A stretch of DNA of 64,000 bases, taken from contig MU057560.1 of NCBI GenBank assembly GCA_013265495.1, positions 3,410,909-3,474,908 on the forward strand, written 5' to 3'. The notes below the pieces were generated by a model. The model worked only from the letters and a program-made list of their open reading frames with translations, was not told the DNA's origin and made no database searches. The translations under genes and the position numbers were made by a program. Positions 13,250 through 25,789 of the stretch are shown here, piece after piece. The stretch's first letter is position 1; each line of letters begins with the position of its first letter. Source of the DNA: Vicugna vicugna. Its lineage: Eukaryota.

Positions 13250-14048
13250 TTACAGAACCACAGGCCCACGTGGACCCCAGGGTTACAGGAACACATGGAC
13301 TGCACAGACCACAGGACCCCAGGGTTCCAGGACCACAGGACCACGTGGGCCCAAGGTTACAGGACCACGTGGACCCCAGGGTTACAGGACCACAGGACCA
13401 CGTGGGCCCAAGGTTACAGGACCACGTGGACCCCAGGGTTACAGGACCACAGGACCACGTGGGCCCAAGGTTACAGGACCACGTGGACCCCAGGGTTACA
13501 GGACCACAGGACCACGTGGGCCCAAGGTTACAGGACCACGTGGACCCCAGGGTTACAGGACCACAGGACCACGTGGGCCCAAGGTTACAGGACCACGTGG
13601 ACCCCAGGGTTACAGGACCACAGGACCACGTGGGCCCAAGGTTACAGGACCACGTGGACCCCAGGGTTACAGGACCACAGGACCACGTGGGCCCAAGGTT
13701 ACAGGACCACGTGGACCCCAGGGTTACAGGACCACAGGACCACGTGGGCCCAAGGTTACAGGACCACGTGGACCCCAGGGTTACAGGACCACAGGACCAC
13801 GTGGACCCCAGGGTTTCAGGACCACAGGACCACATGGACCACACAGATCATAGGACCCCAGGGTTACAGGACCACAGGACCACGTGGGCCCAAGGTTACA
13901 GGACCACGTGGACCCCAGGGTTACAGGACCACAGGACCACGTGGACCACACAGACCATAGGACCCCAGGGTTACAGGACCACAGGACCACACAAACCACA
14001 GGACCCCAGGTTACAGGACCAGAGGACCACATGGACCACAGGACCACA
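13250..14048. repeat. 57-bp minisatellite (VNTR), 8 essentially perfect copies plus degenerate flanking copies
   Basis: Unit GGTTACAGGACCACAGGACCACGTGGGCCCAA (32) + GGTTACAGGACCACGTGGACCCCAG (25). It gives 19-aa periodicity in the ORF track ([19 protein letters not shown] x8). Confidence 0.98.
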
Positions 14049-16288
14049 TCTCTCTGCCTTGCGACTAGAAGTGAAACCGGAAAAGTCAGCTGTTCTGACT
14101 TCTCTTTTTCTTTTTCTGTTCTTTTTTTTTTTTTTCTGAACATAACTTCCCAATATCTCTCTAATGAGTCGTTTCCCACAGTGGAATGGACTGCCTTGCT
14201 CTGCTGCCACCTTCACTCTGGGCTGCACAGGACTTTCCTGATTACATGCAGATGCTCAAGCTTCCAGGTCAGCGGAACTGGGGTGAGGACACAGAGTGTG
14301 TTTTGACAAGGTCACAGGTGATCCTCAAGCAGGAGGGTCTGGGGTCCTACTTTGAGAAGATCCCCACTGGAAGCATCCAGACGCTTCACTTGCCTGCCAG
14401 CTGCAGTGAGGGAGGCCATCCACACAGTCCCTTCCAGTTGTGAGCGTCTAGGTTTCAGTGACCGAAACTTCTCTTGGGGACGATGAATATGCCACATACG
14501 TGCCAAACAGATGGAATCAGACCCCCCGGCGGCGGAAAGACCGCTCAGAAAGCTTTGCACTCTTCCGAGTTAGAAGTGACACTTCCCTGCCTGGATCAAC
14601 GGAAACTGAAGGGGCTTCTCGGCCCCACTCTCTCCGCTTCCGCACGAAGCACCCCCAGGGCTCCGGTCTCTCGAGGCCGTTGTCAGTCTGGTCAGACTTC
14701 CCACGCCTACTAGATTGTCACTTGTGTTCTTTGCTGCAGCTTCCTAGCAAAAGTATCAAAAGAAAGTTTTAAATCAAATTGACAAAATAAATACCAAGGC
14801 AACTGTTTTTTCCTGGAAGCCGATCACACCTGGTGACAGAACGATGGCACGCAGGACTGAGACCAAAACGCAGCGACGCGGGGAAGCCTACAGCTCATTC
14901 TGGCAGCAGCGTGTGAACTGTAAGCCCGCCAGCGGGGACGCCCAGCAACAGGATCAACCGTTCCAGGGACCCCGGAGAGATTCCGCGCTATTGTGACAAG
15001 CGCCGAGGAGACGCCGCTGGCCCCAGAGCTCTCTGCGGAGGGGGCACCTGCCGGCCGTGGCCGTGCTCTGCTCCGTGGAGAGGGTGCCCCGACGGCTGCT
15101 GTCTTCCAGGAAAGTAGCGCAGCAGCCCGGAAGCAGCCCTTCCTCACCCACCATCCCCCGACCCTGGCACAAACAGGTCTGCTATGACCCATAGAGACAA
15201 TATATTTGATGACATTAAGTGGTCAGTCTTTGTTTGCTGAGTCCAAACGTGCTTACCTGCCACCTCCGTCTCCCAGGGAAGGGCTGGAGCGGCTCACTCT
15301 GTCCTCAGGCCACGACAATATCACCGACCCGCACGCCTGGGCTCCCCGTCTGCCCTCCCCCACGTCACCAGGGTCTCCAGCGAAGACAGTGCTTCTGGGC
15401 TTGGTTTTGAAATACCGTGTGGTTCTGTGCTAGGCAACTTTTATTCACCAGGGTTATTATCTTGTCCTCAGGACACTGGCCACAGGGCATCTTAACTGTT
15501 ACAAAGGGACCAAAAATTGGACGTTTCCTGAGATAGTCAAGATCTTCAAACCATATTCCGACGCTAATTGCCCTGAGAAATTTCCCGTTTCCCCACAAAT
15601 GCAGCAGGTGGAATGTGGAGGACGCGCCATTTCTTAGAGCAAAGTCACAAGTGGAGAAGTAGGCGCTGACCTCTCCAGACAAAACGAGGTGATGGTTGAA
15701 GGAAATTGTTTTTGTCTCCCGGCCATTAGAACAAAACACAACAAAACTCCTCCCAAACATTTGTTTCTTCTGCTCGTGCAGGTGACCTGAACTGCGAATG
15801 CAAGCGGCCCTCCGAGTGGCCAAGACAGCACTCACTCTGCAAGGGTTTGCCGGGGGCTGCTGTGTGTCAGGCTGAGCCAAGTTCTGGGGAAACAGGAGGT
15901 GTTGTTACCCTCAAAGCTCCTCCGTTCTGTTCGAGGAGGCGGGAAGTGGACAGTGCTTGGAGGGGACGACAGGAACAGGATTCAGCTATTTATTGTAAGG
16001 ACAGCATTAGGGTGTCTATTTATAGATTTTTCCTAATTTCTTTATTTTTGTAGGTTTACAGTGTACTCATCCTATGCAATAAGAAATCACAAAGATTTGA
16101 TTTCAAAAGTTGTTTCAAGTTATTGTGTACGACTCAATCCAATATTCTTGAATGTTCCATTGATTTTAATTTCTGTGCTTCCTTGTACAGAAATCGTGGG
16201 AAAACATAAAACTATCTTTAGGACGCTGTATAAAACAACATCAAATCACGGCAGCGACCTCCACTGCTAATATCTCTTGAGATGCTTC

Positions 16289-16812
16289 TGAGACAGGAAG
16301 CAGGGTGCAGGGCGCAAGCACTGAAGGAACGACACAGCCATCAGCACCAAGACGGCGGGAGAGTCGCTCCCAGGGGAACGTGAGCTTCGGCACACGCTCG
16401 CTGTAGTGCAACAGCGGCTAGACGGCCCGCCCACCGTACCAGGACCGGCTGGAGGCTGACCACAAAGGTGAAAAGTGGGCGATGGCCCAGGGCCTGGGCC
16501 TCCCCGCCCCCTCCCCAAAGCGGCTGGAATAACTGCCCCCCTTGTTAGCACGTTAAGTAACCCAGCCCGTAAACACCAACAGCCCGCGCCTCGGGCCGCT
16601 CTCGGTTTTCCCAGCTGACCCCACTCTCTCCTTCTGAGCCAGACGGCCCGCACTCCGTCCATGGCGTGTGTAACCCTTTGAACACATCCACCTTCACTCC
16701 CTGTGGCTCCCTCCTGAATTCCCTCCTGTGCGAAGCCAAGGACCCTCACTTGGTGGGATTCACCGAGACCTGGGACACCGCCCTCCTCTCTGGCCCCGTT
16801 TTCTGCTGTCTC
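16289..16812 (+). mobile_element. ERV1-class solo LTR (MER41-related), GC-shifted
   Basis: Starts tgagacaggaagcaggg, includes caagacggcgg, and ends with the typical ERV1 R/U5 block ccttcactccctgtggctccctcctgaattccctcctgtgcgaagccaaggaccc. The poly(A) signal has decayed. Confidence 0.7.
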
Positions 16813-19589
16813 GTTCCCACACAGGATAACACTGCAGTAGCAGATACACAGTGTGTACTTAAAATCGCGCTGGGTTTGAAACTGCCTTGCTCTGCCCGGT
16901 ACCAGGTGGTCACCTCCCTCGAGCTAACTGTGGGAAAGTCCTGACGTGGCGGGCGGGTGGGAGGACAGTTCTCATCTCAAACCAGGCCTTCACCTCCTTA
17001 CTTTGCATGTCGTGGACACACCCTTTGCAAACGTAAGTTTGGTGGTGTTTTGGTATTTTGAATGTACGCCCAAAGTAAAGACAGAGAATAGCAAATTCCA
17101 TGTTTTTGTAAACTAGAAGCTGGGTAATCGGGGGTGCGGACGCTGTGCCCGAGTAGCCAGACTGGTTGTTGTCAGAGCTGCGAATCAGGGTGATGGAGAA
17201 ATGTGGGGTGTCCCCTAGGCCTTGTGCACTTCTGAGGGACCGTATCCGACTGCCCCACCAACACCATGAGTCTGCACACATCGCACATACACACAGGGAG
17301 ACACTTAGAGAGAAATACACACAAACACACAGGTACATACACGAGGGCCATTATGCCCCCTGTCCATGCACAAGAGCGGGTGGGCTGAGCCCTGCTCTGA
17401 GGCAGCACAGACCCGCATACCCTGGCGGGGCCTTCTGGCTGGTCTGCCTGCCTCATCCCAAAGCCACAGAGGGAAGTCGTGTCTCTGGCACCTTGGGTGC
17501 TGCTCCCACTGGGACCCACCCACCTGGCCTCCACAGCTGCTTCCCAACCTGGGGACCTGTCACTCCTGTAGTGGCTGGGACAGCAGACAAGCAGTCGGGA
17601 TGCACTCCTCCACCAGCCTCTGAGGGCAGGACGGCTTCCACTGACCGAGACCTGGCCACCAGCAGGCGGAGGAGCTGCGTCCAGGGGTGACACACACAGA
17701 TGTCCTGTAACCCTCGGAGCAAGACTGATGGAATTGGCTCCTTCCGCAGATAAGGCTGCAGTTCCATCCCCAGGACCCAGGAAATCTGGCGGGGATGATG
17801 TATTGGGGTTAAAATGTCTGGAGACTGGGCTCCCGAGTCCTCGCCCACACTCAGCCTGGATTTCAGACGTGGGGTCTGTGATTCAGGGCACAGCCCCCGT
17901 TTTCTGCACCATCAGTAAGTCTGACTTGGTTCTGATTTCCTCGGCTGCTGATTCGAGATCAGACTCTGGACAAAGGGAAATGTTTTCCGGGGAACAGGAG
18001 AGTATGAATTCATCAAGGCCTTGAGATGAGGGAGCTTTGTCAGCGCCGGTGAGAGCAGAAACCGCCCCGGGGAAATGGAGATGGTCTTACAGTCTTCACA
18101 CTGGAAACAGGTTTCTGACTGAAAGTCAGACGACTGTGAGGCTGGTCCCTAACTGTGGGCAGAACAGGGGGTTCCGACGTCCACATCTGCTCAGCCGAAA
18201 ACATGCTGCGAAGCAGCCGTCACCCTCCCCGGCTGTGCCTTACGTCAGACACAGGACCTCAGACATGATCGGTTCTGAGGGCAGCTACCATTCAGAGTGA
18301 CAGAATCACAGTCCCTCACACCAGGGACCCTCAGAGGCCTTATCTCCACAGCTTAGGACTTCCTGAGAGCTCGAACCTTGCCTTGACCAGCCCTGCACCT
18401 CCAGGCCCCGGGATTGGGGGCAGGCGTGGGCAGCGAGCTGCGGGTGGAGGGGCTGCTCTTACTGACCAGGCGTTTCCTCACCTGTGCTCTGGGAGGTTGT
18501 AGGAGTCGACTTCATAAGAGCAGGGTGCTTCGGGCTGGGCAGCAGCTGGGGGGGACGAACGGTGACGGAGACACAGGACTGTCCCTGCTCCTTCGCCAGC
18601 CAGGCTCTTGGGAGAGGGTGTAGCCAGAAGCCCCAGATCCGGAGGGAAAGCCCACCTTTTCTAGGCGGTGGTCCAGGGGTGCACACCCACACGTGCACAT
18701 GTGTGCACACTCCCACATGTGCACACTCACACGTACCCGTCAGTAAACACGAGACCTGCTTCCCTCCTCTTCTTTTGAACACGCAGCAAGTAAAAATAGT
18801 TGATGATTAGTTACTAGCAGAAAATGAAGACCTAGCAGCATCACCAATGGCTGCTCTCACACGTTCATGATTTGCATCACTGCCGCTGGTCCTGAAAGAA
18901 TTCCTCCCTGACCAGGGACAGGGCGGTGGTCTCACAAAGAAGTCGGGAGGGAACAGACCTCAGCCTGAAGCCCACGGAAACCAGCCGAGCTTCTGGGCCT
19001 GCTGCTCATAATTCACGGGGAACACGCGGCTTTGAGCTTGAACTTTTCCTGCCAAATCTTGGCTTATGTTGTGTCCTCAGCCAAACTACCGACAGCTCAT
19101 GTTTTCAACCACTTACTTACAAAGTGCCACACTGCTCGAGGAAAGATTGAGATTCTATGGGAAAACCATGAATCTCCAAAAAAGGAAAATGAGGAAACAA
19201 AAAGATGTGGCTGCTCTATGAAAACACCACCTTCTGTAAGGCAGAGTTAACGGTGCTGACAGTGACGAAGCCCCAGTGACACCCATGAGTAAGTCTCTTC
19301 CGTCGTCACTGAAGCAGGCGTCTCCGGGCACCAGGAGACGCTGGGCGTCCTTGTAACGTCACCTCTCGTTAGAGCGAGACCCCCCACCCCCCAGAAGGGA
19401 GCCTGTCTGCTCCTCCTCTCTGTCAGAGACCCAAAGGTCAGCTCGTGTCCTGCAGTCGGTGACACTGAAGTGTCCGTCTCAGACGTCCCCTTTCCAGGTC
19501 AAACCCAAGCGAGGCCGCTCGCCCGCAGTCCTGCTCTCTCTCCTGCTACAGTGACTCACCTGGCGTTTCCACTAGCACGTCCCCTGCAG

Positions 19590-22500
19590 AAATCCTGACG
19601 GTAGGTGTTCTGTAGCAGGCACTGTCCTAACAACTCGCAGCACCCAAGTGAACGAAGAGAGAGCCCTGTCCTCGCTGAGCGGGCGATTAGGGCAGAAGTC
19701 AGACAAAGACAGGATAAATTAGGAAAACCTGTGGATGTTAAATAGCGATACGTGGTGACAAGGAACACGAGTCAGTGAGGGGACAGGAGAGTGCGGCAGC
19801 CAGCAGCTTCAGACAGATTTATTAGGAGGGAAGGACCTTGAGCCCTGACAGGGTCACCGTGCGGATTCAGAAAAACCACGTGGGAGACGGCCGTCCGGCA
19901 CCCAGCGTCAGGGTCACCTGTGGGAGCTGCCTGTGGATTCGGGGAGGAGGAGTGGCCAGGACTGGGGACCTGCCGGTGGTGGCGGCCCCAGGGCCGGTGA
20001 GAAACAAGCCAGTGAGTGAGACGCAGAGTGTCTGATGGCAGGGAGCCAGGAGGCCAGGGTGAGATGGTTGGTCCTGGAGGGCAGGTGACGGCCGTTCAGA
20101 TGGGACAGGTGGGGTCACTGCGTCCAAGGCGGTCATTACGTGCATTGAAGGATGCATAAGAAGTGCCCACTGGAACAGCTCCGAGGAGCCCGTGAGAGAG
20201 TTTCAGGGAAGCGCTGGGGTCGGAGCCCAGCTGGAGGCGCGGGAGGAGGCGGGGGCGACGCGCCTGCTTCCGCTGGCAGTTGCTACAAGGAAGAGCAGAA
20301 GGATCGTGCGGTGGCTGCAAGGGTCCATGTAATCAGGAGGTTTCTGTTTAACACAGGAAGGATCCTTGACGTTTGTTGATGGGAATTATCCAACAAGAAG
20401 AAAAGACAGTGACGCAGGAGATGGAAGGACTTGCTGGAGTGACGCCCTTGAGCAGATGAAAGGCTGGATTCCCCCGCTTGGGGAGCGTGTCTCGTGTGTG
20501 GGTGAAGACGCGCCCCCGACACCAGTGCCAGGGCGCGAGGGAGAGGAGGCCAGAGGAGGCGGGCAGATGCGTGGTCGTCAGAGACAAGACGCCGCTGGGG
20601 AGGAGCTGCTGCAGGTCTGGGGAGGAGAGAAGGCGGGAATCGTCTTCCGGGGATCATAGGAAGCGCAGGGCAGGGAAGACGGAAGGTGGTCGCAAAGTTG
20701 CACCAAGTCCTTCCAGACGCTTACCTGGGGATTTGAAGGCTGGTCGGCCGCTGTGGTTTCTGTGGTTTCCCTTCAACTGCCATCAGGAGCTGAGACCGGT
20801 GTAAAGGGGACAGAGTTCAATGTCACCCTGGTGGTGAGGAGGGGACAGTGGCGGGGGGCAGGGAGGGAGCAGAGGCAAGTTTGGACGGAGCACGAGGGGC
20901 AAGGGCCGGGGCCATCAGGAGCTGCCCTCACTTGATCTCCCGACTCTCCAGCTTCCAGCTTGGAGCAGGCACGGGCCCTGAGGCGTCTGTCACTTCCTCT
21001 GAGACCCGCCGCAGACAGCTTTCTCATTGCTGTTTAAACTTTCACTCGTGTCTATCTTGGACGTTATAGTATTTCACTGCCCAATTTTTTCTGGGTAACG
21101 TCCTCACCCCTTGGTTTTTCTTCATGAAAAGCTTGTGGACTGCATACTTAACCAACGCTAACATCTGCTGCATTTTTTTATCTAAAACACCATCACTGCT
21201 CTAGTGTTTCTGGAGACCCTGGAGTGAAATTTCAGCATTTCAAATTCCAAGATAAAACTCCCAGCTCTGAGAGGAGGAGGAGGAGGGAGAGGTGGGGCAG
21301 GGGGCAGTCAGCAGGAGGAGGCGAGGGAGGGGAGGAAGGACCCACCGCCACACAGACGGCAAACCCCCTTCCCCGTTAACTGCAAACATAGCTGCCCTCA
21401 GGGAGCCATCGTCATCTCAGGTCGCTCTGCCTTAATGTGTATTTAAACAAGGCAACTTCTCCGCTCAAGGAACACAACATTTTACCAACTTCATGTTCCA
21501 GAGGAAATCTTATCACACCTACCCGGGGAGATATTCAGGCGTGAAAAAGCTAATCTTAACACAGGTCACCTAGACAGCGGCCCTGCACTGCCCGTCTGAA
21601 CTTCTTCCACTGAAGAGCCCTGTGAATTAAGGCCGCTGCAGGTCAGCTATCTGCCGGACGAAGGGGATGCGAGCCAGGTGCCCGTCCTGCCCTCACAGAG
21701 AGCAGTAAATTTTGAGTGACTGTTTTATTTATTTCCGGATGCGCAAATTTAGTCCAAAGAAAAACATGCAGGTGAACAGTGGGGACTTAACTGCAAAGTT
21801 CAGGTGGAAAGTGTCCCATTTCTGACTCCAGCTCTCTGCGGACGCTGCTTCTGCTGTCCCTTCTCTCTAGAAGGGACACCCTTTGTCTCTGGGTTTCCTT
21901 CGGTCTCTCTGGCTGTTCCCTCTCTGGCCCCGTGTTGGTTTCCTCACTCCTCAGCTGCACCTCCAGTGCCGCTCTGCAGAGAGGTGGCCCTGATGCTCTG
22001 TGGGCGTCGCCCAGGTCACTGTCCCAGGCTGACGCCCCCGTGATGACGGATGTTACTAAATTTCCAGCTCCGACCTCTCTCCCAAGACCTGTTTCCCTTC
22101 CGCCAACCACCACAACACCCATGTCGCCTTCTTCACCACCACGTCAACTTTGTCACCAACACTGGTAAAGCATTTTTAGGTTCTTGAATCATGTTCACAA
22201 CCATTACCCCATTTTATCCTCCTAAAAATTCTACGAGATAGAAATGATTTCCATTTGATTCTCCCAACCAGCAAATGTTTACTTTCAGTTGTCTGTGATG
22301 GGGCTGGGGGCTATTAAATGACCGTCCCTGGGACACGGAGGAGACTCAGTCGTGGGGAAGATGAACACACCGACAGACAAGTAGAACAGAATAAGGTGAG
22401 CACAGAGAGTTTACAGGAAGTGATGGGAGTGTGGGGCAGCACTGACACGGGGACACGGGGACATGGGGGAGGGGACACAAGGCATTCGGGGCCGATGAGA

Positions 22501-23720
22501 TGGTGGCACAGGAGCAGGAAACGGCAGAAGGTAAGGAGGCAGCTCAGGTATCCCGGCGTGCGGGGGAGGTAAGGCTCGGGCACGGCGTGGACGGGGTGGC
22601 ACAGGTGAGGGGAGTCCGTGGGGCCGGCCCAGCAGCTGAGGCTGGTCTCAGGTGTGGGGGCTGCCCAGCAGTCTTCAGCAAAGGTTTGATAAGCCCTTGT
22701 TTGTGTTCCAGGCAAAGTGTCTGTAACTGAGCAGAGGGTGAGTTCTGCAGGCAGACCTCAGCGGGGAGTCCAGGTCGATGCCATTGCAATCGGGGTTGGG
22801 AACACAATGAGGACCTGACGCCTGGGGCTGCGGTTGGAGGAGGGAGGAAGGGGTGTCGCGGAGCCCTGGGGTTGAAGACAAGGGTCTCAGAGGGTGTGCT
22901 GAGAGCCCACGAGGGTCGAGGGTGAGTCCCGCGCTCCGTTGGCCAACACAGACGAGGAGGGTGGGGGCGTATAGCTGTCCTGTGCTGGGTTAGGGTCAGG
23001 GGCGTGGGAGCCCCAGTGTGGGGGGGGCCGGACCTCAGGGCAGCTGGAGGGGTGACAGCCTCTATGGGGAGACCAGAGAGCCAGCGAGGAAGGAGCTAGT
23101 GAGGGGACAGAAATGGGGGGCATAAAGGTGTTAAGGGAGCCATTTCAGCAAAAGAAACACGTGAGCAAAAGGGTAGCGGCAAGAAGCCCCAGGAACATTG
23201 GAGATGAGAAGGGTTAGTCCGACTGGAGTGAAGCGAGACTGAAAAGCATTTTAAGGTAAAACACCAACCATAAAGAATAAGTTAATGGGACGTGAATAGA
23301 CTTTACACTGGAAGAAGCGGAGCCAGTTTTAAAGAAAATGAGTCACTTCCTCCAATGAGCATTTTAGGGAAAAACCGTCTTGTACACACAGAAAGCACAC
23401 TTCAGAAGTGGACGGAGCAGAGGCCAAGGAAGGTCACGAGCGACAGCCACCCAGGGCGCCCGTTGGCAAAGTGGGGCGTTACCCAGACCCCAGCGTCCCA
23501 CCTCGCCCTGATGCGAGGGACGTGGTGCGGCTGGTTCTCCCACGTCTGCCTCTGGGGGCCTCCGCACGGCGTAGGCGTCAGGTAGATGTTCAATCAGTGC
23601 TCATTCAACAGACGCTGACTGACCGTCCGCTAAATGTACGACAAGCGGTAAGAGCTGCGGCAGATACACGAGCACCGGGCCCTTCCGCCCCGCTGAGCTG
23701 CTGCCCAGCACGGAGCAGAC
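19590..23720 (-). mobile_element. Cluster of L2/MIR fragments (discontinuous)
   Basis: gcaggcactgtcctaa...gtgaacgaagagagccctgtcctc (~19615), caaccagcaaatgtttact (~22265) and tcattcaacagacgctgactgac (~23600) are L2 3'-end-like blocks. Unique sequence is interspersed. Confidence 0.5.
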
Positions 23721-25259
23721 ATGGCAGCAGCACCGGCTCCCAGGAGTGGGACCCCGTGTCACCCTGGGAAGATCACAAGGAACCTAGCGAAGCAAGTAAA
23801 ACCGCTGCAACTTAGCAGCAGGAAACTTTCGCGGCGCACAGACCCCGGGGTGAACTTGGAAAGGACTGCTGCCGATGGTCAGCTGGCAGCTGTGATGGGG
23901 GCAGGTGTGCACGGTGGACAGAGGGCTCGGGACAGAGTGAACAGTCTTAAAAGCCCAACGGCCCATGTCAGGAGTGAGAGCGGCGGCCCACCTGGCGAGG
24001 CTGAAGCGTAAGTTGGAAGGTCAGCGGACCCAATCGCACGACACGGCCACCCCACCAAGAGCCCCGACCCCACCTCCACTGCGGCTTGCAGCCCCACGCT
24101 GCCCCGGCCCTGCCCTCCCGCCGCGGACAGGGTGACGCCTGACCTTGCTAGATTCTTGCGAGTGTTTGGTGAGTAAACGATTCGAACTGTAGGACAGGGA
24201 CATTTCAGAGCAGGAGCAAACGCGAAGCAACGCGTTCAGCACTGTGAGGGTGGGGGTGCTGGCGGCAGGGACGGCAGGCTGGAGACAGACACCCGCTCGG
24301 CCTGAATCTCGGCCCAGAACCGCGGCCCTGCTCTGTCTGTCCTGGGCAGGATGAGCGTGTGCTTGCCGATGAACCTGGGACTCAGATGGATGAGGAGAGA
24401 AAAAAGGCAGGCAATGTGCTTTGTCTCTCGGTCAAGGATGCGGTTCTCGAAGGACCGCTCGCCAGCACTTAGCAGGACAGAGCCCAGACCCCCCACCCCA
24501 AGCGCACCGCAGCAGGCAGGCTGTGTGGGCTCTTAGAGAAACACTTCTACAAAAGCAAGAGGTTTCCTGGAAGTAAAGGCCATAAACTCCCAGATTAAGA
24601 GGCCCACTCAGCATCCCTGGCAGTGAGTAAGAGCTCAGACCAGAGCAAGTGGTCACGGGAAGTTAGGGCGCAGGGAGGAAGGACAGGCCTTAAACATCCG
24701 AAGGGAAACGGGGCGGTGCGCGTGAAAGCAGGCGGAAGGGCGTCGGCGTCCCGGGCGGCAGGGACAGAAGGCAGGGGACGGAAATGGACTTGTTTCCGAG
24801 GGAAAGCACTCACCCAGACGGACACCCTGCGCCCTGCCCGCACTGGCCATGCTGTCTCGGCCCTGCGCCCGCCCCCCTGAGCCTCAGAGCACGGACGCTG
24901 TGGGCTCTTCAGCGAGGGGCACCGGGCGCTCCTCCGCCCACTTCCCACTCCCAGCAGTGGGTGGTCCAGCGTCCAGCCCCCAGGGCTGCCTGCACAGCCC
25001 ACCTGCTCGGGTAAGGGGCCCCCAGCAGCCCTCCCTCCCCGAAGTCTGAGCCCCTCTGCAGGGCCTCCCGAACTTGGGACCCAAGACCCCTCTGTGTCCG
25101 TCTCCCTGGACCAAACTCCTTCTGCTGAAACCCCAGCTCTGTTTCCCGGTGGGACTGCATCGTGGCAGCAGAAAGGGGACTGCCACAGGCGTGGTTCTGG
25201 GCTGGCTTGGCGACAGCCTTGACACGTGTCACGCCTCAGGATGCACTAACAGTGACACT

Positions 25260-25550
25260 AATTTTTAGAAACTGATGATCTGCAGAGCACGGAGGGTTTG
25301 AGGAGCGTGTGAAGAAGTGTGTGACGCGGTAAGATGGAGACGTGTCATCTGTCTGAACCCACAGGACAAACACCAACGAGGGGCCGACCGGAGGGTAACT
25401 GAGCTCATCGGTTGTAGAAAATGCACCACCTGGCAGGGGTGCTGAGGATGGGAGGTGGTGCCCACGTGGGGACAGGGAAGACACGGACGTTCCTTCCTCT
25501 TAATTGTGCCATGAACCTGAAACTGCCCTAAAAAGTCAAGTCTTTAAAGT
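25260..25550 (+). mobile_element. L1MC-type 3' end
   Basis: tcatcggttgtagaaaatgcaccacctggcaggggtgctgaggatgggagg...tgaacctgaaactgccctaaaaagtcaagtc matches the recalled L1MC 3' terminus layout. Confidence 0.75.
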
Positions 25551-25789
25551 AAAGGCTAGCGGTTCCCCCATGAGTCTGATAAAAGCGTGCCACTAACTGG
25601 GACTTCTCTCTTTTCAAGCAGATTTTCACCCTTAACTGACTCCTCTTTACTGGTGGATATAAACATGTTTGTTTTTCTATTTCTTCCTGAATTGATTCTG
25701 GTGGCTTACATGTCTCTAAAAGACTGTCTATTAGGCCTACATTTGCATATTGAGTTACTATAAATGAATAGTTTTCTATTATAATTTTA

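Noticed and set aside
13250..14048. CRISPR-like array
   Set aside because: The units are head-to-tail with no unique spacers, there are no cas genes, and the DNA is mammalian.
13221..14306. Long repetitive ORFs (207-289 aa) on both strands
   Set aside because: They are a by-product of a 57-bp (multiple of 3) unit lacking stops in several frames. Several overlapping frames are open, and there is no exon or promoter context.
16341..16360. REST/NRSE-like TCAGCACC motif (also 41396 and right half-sites at ~54868 and ~60973)
   Set aside because: The half-site spacing or sequence is wrong in every case. There is no full RE1 element.
16289..16812. MER41-type interferon-inducible (STAT1/GAS) enhancer
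   Set aside because: I found no intact TTCNNNGAA in this LTR or in the fragment at 6284-6492.
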